Source: the human T2T-CHM13v2.0 reference genome, Homo sapiens. Taken from it: a stretch of DNA of 64,000 nt. Location: NCBI RefSeq assembly GCF_009914755.1, contig NC_060947.1; one strand, given 5' to 3'. The notes under the pieces are model-generated. The model saw only the letters and a list, made by a program, of their open reading frames with translations. It searched no databases and had not been told where the DNA came from. A program made the translations under genes and the position numbers. Below, one piece after another: positions 47,826 through 64,000 of the stretch (the first letter of the stretch is position 1; every line of letters starts with the position of its first letter).

Positions 47826-48599
47826 TGTGTTGAGGAAACTGTCTCTAACCATGTTCTTCCTCTACTCTCACACCACAACAACTGTCAACACAGAAGACTT
47901 CTGTGACCAAATGTGGGAGGGGCTTCCCCACACACCAAGCAGCGGGCACCAGCTAGGTGTCCTTGAATTCAGTTTTGACACTGTCTACCCGCGGATAATG
48001 TCAGATCCCACAGGTTGAGGGCTCAGTCCCCAAGACTGCCCCCCCACCCCACACACACCTGTTGCAAACCCAGGCCTCTGAAACTTCTGACTGACTGGCT
48101 TCAAGTTAAAGTTCCCATGACCCCCTCTTTGGGTTTGATTAATTTGCTGGAGCGGCTCACAGAACTCAGAGAAACACTTATGTTTACCGGTTTATTAGAA
48201 AGGATATTGCAAAGGATACAGATGAAGAGACACGCAGGCGAGATATGGGAGAAGATACGTGGAGCTTCCATGCCTCCCCTAGGCGAGCCACCCTCCAGGA
48301 ACCTCCATGTGTGCAGCTATCTGGAAGCTCGCTGGACCCTGTCCTCATGGGTTTTTATGAAAGCTTCATGACATCAGCATCCCTTCCCCCAGGGTATAGG
48401 GGGGCACTCTGTCATGGCAGAGTCTTAAGACCCACAATCAGAAAGGTAGGAAAAGATTAGGATGGAAGGAAGCCAGAAGGGCAGAACCCTGCCCCTGAGG
48501 CCCAGTACACCCAACGTTATAACAAAAGACTGGAGCAAGGGCGATGGAGTTATAAGCCAGGATCTGCGGATGAAAACCAATATATATCATAACACCACA
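47826..48599. mobile_element. MER21-family LTR
   Basis: cacagaagacttctgtgaccaaatgtg...tcagatcccacaggttgagggctcagtccccaagactgcc...cataacaccaca; TG...CA ends. Confidence 0.75.
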
Positions 48600-48799
48600 C
48601 TGTGCAAGAGCTACAGCAGCCATCTTGGGGCCTAAAGGAGAGGCCAAAATAATCACAGAAATGCTGATCTTGATGTTTTAAGTCACTGAACTCACATCTG
48701 TTGAATCTCATTTTGGACTTCTTTTGTAAGAAAAATAACTCTGATGCATGTTCAGAATGCTGTTCACAGAGTTCTCGGTTCCTTGCACCCTAACACATT

Positions 48800-49755
<956 letters not shown>

Positions 49756-50589
49756 AATTCTATTTCGCTAGCAGGATGCACAAGCCCCCTGGAGACGCTG
49801 CCTCTGGGTGACTGGCAGGGCTGGAGAAGCTGCAGTCCGCCTCCTGCCTTCTGGAACTTCAAGTGTGAGGAATGCAGGCAGCTTCAGACCACTAGCAAGT
49901 CTTTGGACTAAGGCCTGCTTCACTCACTTTCCAGCCTCAATTTCCTTCTTTTTCACTTAGATTTACAAAGAGAGCAAGCCCTGAAGGAAAATGAAAATGA
50001 TCTATCCATATTTTGGGGACTATACCCTGATTCCCCTGTGAGTAATATTTCTTCTTTACTTTCTGTCTTATTTTGGCTTAGAATGCAAGCCCATGAAAAG
50101 TAGGCTTCCGGCTTTCTTAGACTGAGTTGTGTACAGTTGTTAACTGGTGCTTACTGAAAACCCAGATGACTCTGAGCTTGGGGAAATACCAAGGAAAGAG
50201 ATGACCTGTCCTGCCCTAAAATGGCATACAGTTTAGTTGGGGAGCCACACCGAAGCCATCCAAGAGAGCCTGGCCTTAGAGAGGCATTATTGCTTTGGGA
50301 CTATGAGCATATATTTGCAAACAAATCAGCCTGGATTGAACAAGTTACTTAACCTTTTTATGTCTCATTTTTCTCCTCTGTAAAATGGAGAGAATAATCA
50401 TATCGAGTCCTTGGGGCCATTGGTGCAGATTAATTAAACTAGCTATGGTGATGATGATGGAAGTTACGTGTTCGTTCTTCGTCTCCACACGTGCTCTGTG
50501 CATCCTAAAACTGAGGGGCTGGTTTCCCTCATTCAACACCTACCTGTGAGTATTTTGTTTGTACCAGAGGCAGTGTGAAGGGATCTAGG

Positions 50590-51000
50590 TACCCCCCGCA
50601 GGAGTCTGGCGACCACCTCCTGCAGACAACAGCCACGTGGGGAGATTAGCAATGGAAGATTAATTTCTCCTTGTCATTTCCCCAGGGGCCTTAAGCAATC
50701 TCGGGAGCAATTTTCCTCACCTAGAACACCGCCCTCGGGAAGCTGGCGGGGATCGACTGCCTGGCGGCGCCGAGCGAGTCCCGGGTTCCAAGCTGCGTCG
50801 CCAGCCAGAGAGAAATGTGCCTGCTGAACAGTCAGTGCCATAATGCAATGGACGCCGAACACAACTTTGCTGCGTGTGCTTTCTATTTGGCTGGGGAGCG
50901 TGAAGGACGCCTGAAACGGAGCTCCCTGCCTCTCAGCGCAGACGGCCACGCGGAGCCGCGCCGGGCAGCCTTTGTCTCGGATGAGATTGCTTTTCATAGG
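50590..51000. promoter_or_regulatory. Small CpG-rich unique island, candidate distal enhancer
   Basis: Local CpG retention in non-repeat DNA surrounded by CpG-depleted repeats. Confidence 0.5.
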
Positions 51001-51518
51001 TGAGGCTCTGCCTGGAGGGCAGAGTGCTGAGTGCAAGAGAACTGTTTCCTCCTCCTGCTAAAAAGGAGCAAGAGGGAAGAGCTGTCCTGTGCTGGGGTCA
51101 GCGACCAAACCGCACTCCAAGAGGGGAAGCTGAGGTTAGAGCTTAGGAAGGACTTCCTGGCTGGAAGGGTAGTCTTCAATCTGGATTTTGATTAGAGGAT
51201 TTTCCGTGAAACACACACAAAACGTTGTTGGGGATGCATTTGAAGATGCTTAGGCTGGGCATCGAAGGGATTTTCTGAGGATTGGGACAGGGTGTGCCTC
51301 ACACAGGATTGTGTTTCTGGGCCCCAAGATGGGCTGTGCCCTTCAGCAACTCAGCCGCACCCCGTGCTTAGGTGGCCATTCTCCCATCACATATTTGTGG
51401 TGCACTGATTGTGTTTAAAATATGGCTCCACCACTGTGACCTTGGATGGTCAAGTATTGTATTGACCTCTGAGGCTCCATTGCTTCATCCCTCAAATGGG
51501 CTTAAGAATGCCTTCCTC

Positions 51519-52777
<1,259 letters not shown>

Positions 52778-53243
52778 AAAAGGAGACTATTATCTCAGAA
52801 AAGAATTCCTGAGGCAGGATGGTTTCCAGGGGCTTCTAGCAATTAAGGGGCTTTCCATCTCTGCTCTGCTAGCCTTGGCTAATTGGAGGTGACTCTTCAT
52901 GGTCTAAACACAACTGAAGCAGTTCCAGGCACCATATGTTCAGCATGAGAGAGATTGAAAGAGATTGGCATTGCCTTCTCTGTGAGTATTGTATTAGTGG
53001 ATTTTATTTCAGGTCCCATTGTCTAGGACTAGGTCACATGGCCATGCTCCACCCATCTTTGGTAAGGGAGATGAGGCCACCGTGGTTGGCTTAGACCAAG
53101 CATGATTCACCCCGCTATGACTCGAGAGGAGGTCGCCTTCCCTGACCACATTGGAAGGTGAACCCCAGAACAAAATTTGGCCTTAGCTACTGGGGAAGAA
53201 GGAGGGGGGTGGGGTTACAGGCCTAGAAGAGAATTGACCATGA

Positions 53244-54843
<1,600 letters not shown>

Positions 54844-55122
54844 TAAACCACTGAGTCAAGCATTTGAAGAAAATGTCTATTTGGGCTTAAACTCCTGGCA
54901 GCATTTTGCTTCCCACAAAAGCCTGTCCAACGTTCTCCTCCTTTTCCTTTCAGCAGCGGAGTCTGTGAAGGCCCATCCTCCACCTTAAAGCCCAGGGCTG
55001 GTGGGCGAGAAAACCTCAGTAGTCTGGCACAGTTATGGAGATTGTTAAAAGTTTATTTATTCTACCTCCTCTCTAAAATTGAACAAGTATAATTATGTGC
55101 ATTGCTAGAGTTCCAGGTATTT

Positions 55123-55155
55123 CCTCAAGAGGACGTCCCCTCTTGAGGGGACGTC
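55123..55155. repeat. Overlapping short palindromes
   Basis: GACGTCCCCTC-TT-GAGGGGACGTC (55132-55155) and CCTCAAGAGG-N6-CCTCTTGAGG (55123-55148). Confidence 0.9.
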
Positions 55156-55749
55156 TGGTCCTTACTGGATTTCAGGAGGGACAGGAGCCAGAGGAAACCT
55201 AGACCTCTGCCAGTTAATGGGCTAATCAATGAACCAAACCAGTGAGAGGGAACACAAAAGTGCCCAGGCCTGGCTTTTGAGTTTCATCTTCATCTTTCCA
55301 GCCTACCATTAGTAAGGGATACATGTGATTTAGGCCGGGCCAGTAATTACTTAGTCACCAGGCTTTTCAAGGCTCTGAATCCTATTTATTAAGCTGTGTG
55401 GACTATGCCTCTGACTCAGAAGGGTAGGTAGGCCCTGGTTACACACTGACATAGAGAATGAATTGTTCCTTGTTCCAAACAAGCTGGAAGACCCCCATGG
55501 CAGAGGTCATTAGCTGTCCCTAAATAACTACCTCCCTACCCGCCACATTTATAATAGAATTTTAGCCAGGCACATGGCCTCCTAGAGAGAGAGAGAAAAA
55601 AAAAAAACCCCTATATTTCCCACCCTCCTTTGCAAGCTAGGTGTGGCCATGTGATGAAATTCTGGCCAATAGAATGTAAGTGGAAGTCTTGCATCCGACT
55701 TCAGAGGAGTGGGAAGTATCCTTTTTTTGTTTTATTTTGTTTGTTTATT

Positions 55750-57802
<2,053 letters not shown>

Positions 57803-57925
57803 TGAATGCTCAGGCCCTAACCCAGACCTACTGAATCAGAACCTCTAGAAATGTGGCCTAGACATTTATGTTTTAACAAGCCCATGGTGATTCTGATGCA
57901 CTTTACAGTTTAAGAACCATCGCCT
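57803..57925. mobile_element. MER5A-like fragment
   Basis: cccagacctactgaatcagaa...ttttaacaagc...ggtgattctgatgca...tttaagaacca. Confidence 0.8.
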
Positions 57926-57929
57926 TAGA

Positions 57930-58510
<581 letters not shown>

Positions 58511-58812
58511 GCACTAGACTATTATTTTCCCATTAAGGTATTTTTTCAATAATTTTCTCCCAAAATCTATTAAGAAAAAGTATTGAGAACAAGGACACCA
58601 TAACATTCCTTTGTTTTTTCTTCTACTTATTTTCTCCCATCAGGTTTAAGGGGAGATGCTGTCAACATCAATAAAATTATAAAAACATGTAAGTTATGTA
58701 TGGGTGAGGCCAGGAATCATTAAAACATCAAATTTAGGACGAGCAAGAGACACACTGGTACTCCAAGCTAAGAACATCTGAGAATAAATCAAGTTGAGTA
58801 CAAGGAGGACAG

Positions 58813-59289
58813 TGTGATGGTGAATTGTATGTCAACTTGACTGGGCCATGGGGTGCCCAGATATTTGGTGAAACCATAGCTAGGGGGGAGGTCTGTGAGT
58901 GTATGTTTCTGGATGATACATTTGAATGGGTAAACTGAGTCAAGCATATGGCCCCCCCCAATGTGGGTGGACCTCATTGAGTCAACTCAAGACCTGAATA
59001 GAACACAAAGGGTGTCTAAGAGGGAGCTTCACCGGCCTGACCGCCTGAGCAAAGACATCAGCCTTCTCCTACCCTCCCACTACACCATGAGCTCTTCTGG
59101 TTGTCAGGCCTTCAGACTCAGACTGGAACTGCACTACTGGCTTTCTTAGGTCTCCAGCTTGCAGTTGGCAGATCATAGGACTTCTTAGATTCTACAGTTG
59201 CGTGAGTCAATTCCTTATAATCTCCATCTCTCTCTCTGTATGTATGTATATATCTCAAATTGGTTCTTCTGAGAACCCGTACTAACACA
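58813..59289 (+). mobile_element. MLT2 (ERVL) solo LTR with 5-bp TSD GACAG
   Basis: tgtgatggtgaattgtatgtcaacttgactgggcc...gagaacccgtactaacaca; GACAG on both sides. Confidence 0.88.
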
Positions 59290-59488
59290 GACAGGAAGGC
59301 AGTGTGGCAAAGAGCAAAGACCCAGGGAGCCCTGTATTTGAATTCTGGTTTTATCACTAACTACTTATGATATTGCTTAACCTTTTGAATCTCACTTTCT
59401 TCATTAGTAAAATGGAGCTAACCCTACCTTCTTTTCTAAGATTTTGACAAGACTAAAAGAGATAATGTTTGTAGAACACTTTACACAG

Positions 59489-59811
<323 letters not shown>

Positions 59812-60347
59812 GATGATGGATATTCTTATGGTGGTGATGATAAGACCAGATCCATAGTGAATGAATATGGGAAGGAAAGACATATCCTGAATCTTTTTAT
59901 TATTTTATTTATTTTTGATTAAGCGTACATTTGTTAGTAGTGCCCATCTACTTGGTTGTTGTAAAAATTGGGTGAGATCACTCAGTATAGTGATTGGTGA
60001 GATCACTTAATAGAATAAGCACTCATTTAATGGTACCTGCTCTAAACATGATCATCGTTACTACCATCATTATTATTACCTACCTGTCATATGCTGTTTA
60101 ATCTTCACATAAGACACAATGATCAGGGAGTTCCCAGTCACAACATTACTAAGTGGCAGAATTTGAACCTGAGACCATTTGTCTCCAAAGTGCATGTTCT
60201 CCTTAGCTGAATCACTGAATTGTTTTAGATGTTGGTTCTTGGTTGGCATCTTTCTCAAAAGCCATGGGTAGGAGAGTCCATAATCTGTCTGACCTACTAC
60301 CTTTGTTATTATTATGCATCATTGTATACTTATAGCGATGATGGGGG

Positions 60348-62008
<1,661 letters not shown>

Positions 62009-62129
62009 GGGGGTGGGTGAGTTCTGTCAGAGTTGTCACAGCTGAGTGTGTTCACAGAAGTTAGTGGCAAGCCTAGAGGGCACATGTCTCACAGCCTCCA
62101 GGCAGACAGAAGAAGTCACTAAAGAATCA

Positions 62130-62750
<621 letters not shown>

Positions 62751-63394
62751 GTGATTGTCTAAATAAGAAAACCTAAAGATACTTGAGAACTAATTTGTAA
62801 TTAAGTTGTAGCCTCAGGAGACCAAAGCCCTAGATTTGTATTTGTATCAGTTAGGATTAGTTTGGGATACAAGGGACTGGAAACTCCGAATAACAGGGCT
62901 TTAGAAAGAGAGTTTATTTCTTTCTTTCTAAAGAGAAGTCCAGAGTAGGCAGCCCAAAGCTGGTAGGGTGGCTTCAAAAAGTTGTCAGAGACTCAAACTC
63001 CTTCAGTCACGTGGCTCTGACATTCTCAGCAGGGGCTGTAGCTCATGACCCAAGATGGTTGCAGAACTCCAGTTATTGCACTTGCATTCCAGCCAGCATG
63101 AAGGAGGAAGGGATAAAAAAGGATGCACAGGATCTTCATTTAAGGACACTTTCTGGAAATTGCACCTGAAGTTTTTGCTTGCATCCCATTGGCCAGAATT
63201 TAGTCTCATGGCCACACCCTGGCATTTAGAGTCTCACTAGGCTATTGGCTGGAGGCTGTCCTTAGCTCCTTGAGGCCACGTGGGATTTCCCCACATGGCT
63301 GCTTGCTACCTCAAAGCCAGCTAAGGAGAGAGAGACTCCATCTCTCCCAAGGATGCAAGGGACGTGGGGAAGTATAGTCTTTGCTTCAACAGCT

Positions 63395-63761
<367 letters not shown>

Positions 63762-64000
63762 TAGTTTCAACTGTGCATGATTGAAAACCCTAAATAACAA
63801 TGGCTTAAACGAGATAGAAATCTAGTCACATAAAAGTCTGAGGAAGGCAATCCAAGACTGATATGGTAGCTCTTCTTTATGCGATGCTTCCAGATTCAGA
63901 CATTTTCTACATCCTTCTAGGAATCTGTGGTGCGTGTCCTCCATTCCTAAGGTCATCCTATGGTTCAGTGGTTAAACATGCTGCTCAGGCTCCAGCCAGG

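Noticed and set aside
63915-63923. Perfect BCL6-type TTCCTAGAA on the minus strand
   Set aside because: A single 9-mer inside a decayed LTR; plausible by chance in 64 kb

Overview
Hominid (probably human) non-coding genomic DNA. The hominid call rests on dense AluJ/S/Y elements and one full-length older-type SVA. No protein-coding exon of a host gene is supported. The ORF track is almost all GC-rich or Alu/SVA-derived spurious ORFs, apart from a decayed L1 ORF2 reverse-transcriptase fragment at about 30.3 kb. Bases 1-22.6 kb form a multi-block CpG-island complex rich in homeodomain, POU, YY1 and STAT-type motifs. From memory and not verified, this is the distal promoter and non-coding first exon (about 22210-22532, minus strand) plus intron 1 of BCOR on Xp11.4. 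Bases 22.6-64 kb are upstream intergenic DNA made mostly of Alu, MIR, L2, MaLR/ERVL LTRs, hAT MER elements and the SVA, with a few unique enhancer-like islands. No CRISPR array, tRNA or rRNA gene was seen. The best leads are a YY1-embedded strong-Kozak ORF that runs into a splice donor (possible coding alternative first exon), a possible spliced antisense transcript from the distal promoter, clustered octamer and TAATCC motifs, and several Alu/DNA rearrangement scars. Repeat subfamily names come from recalled consensus features and boundaries are approximate.
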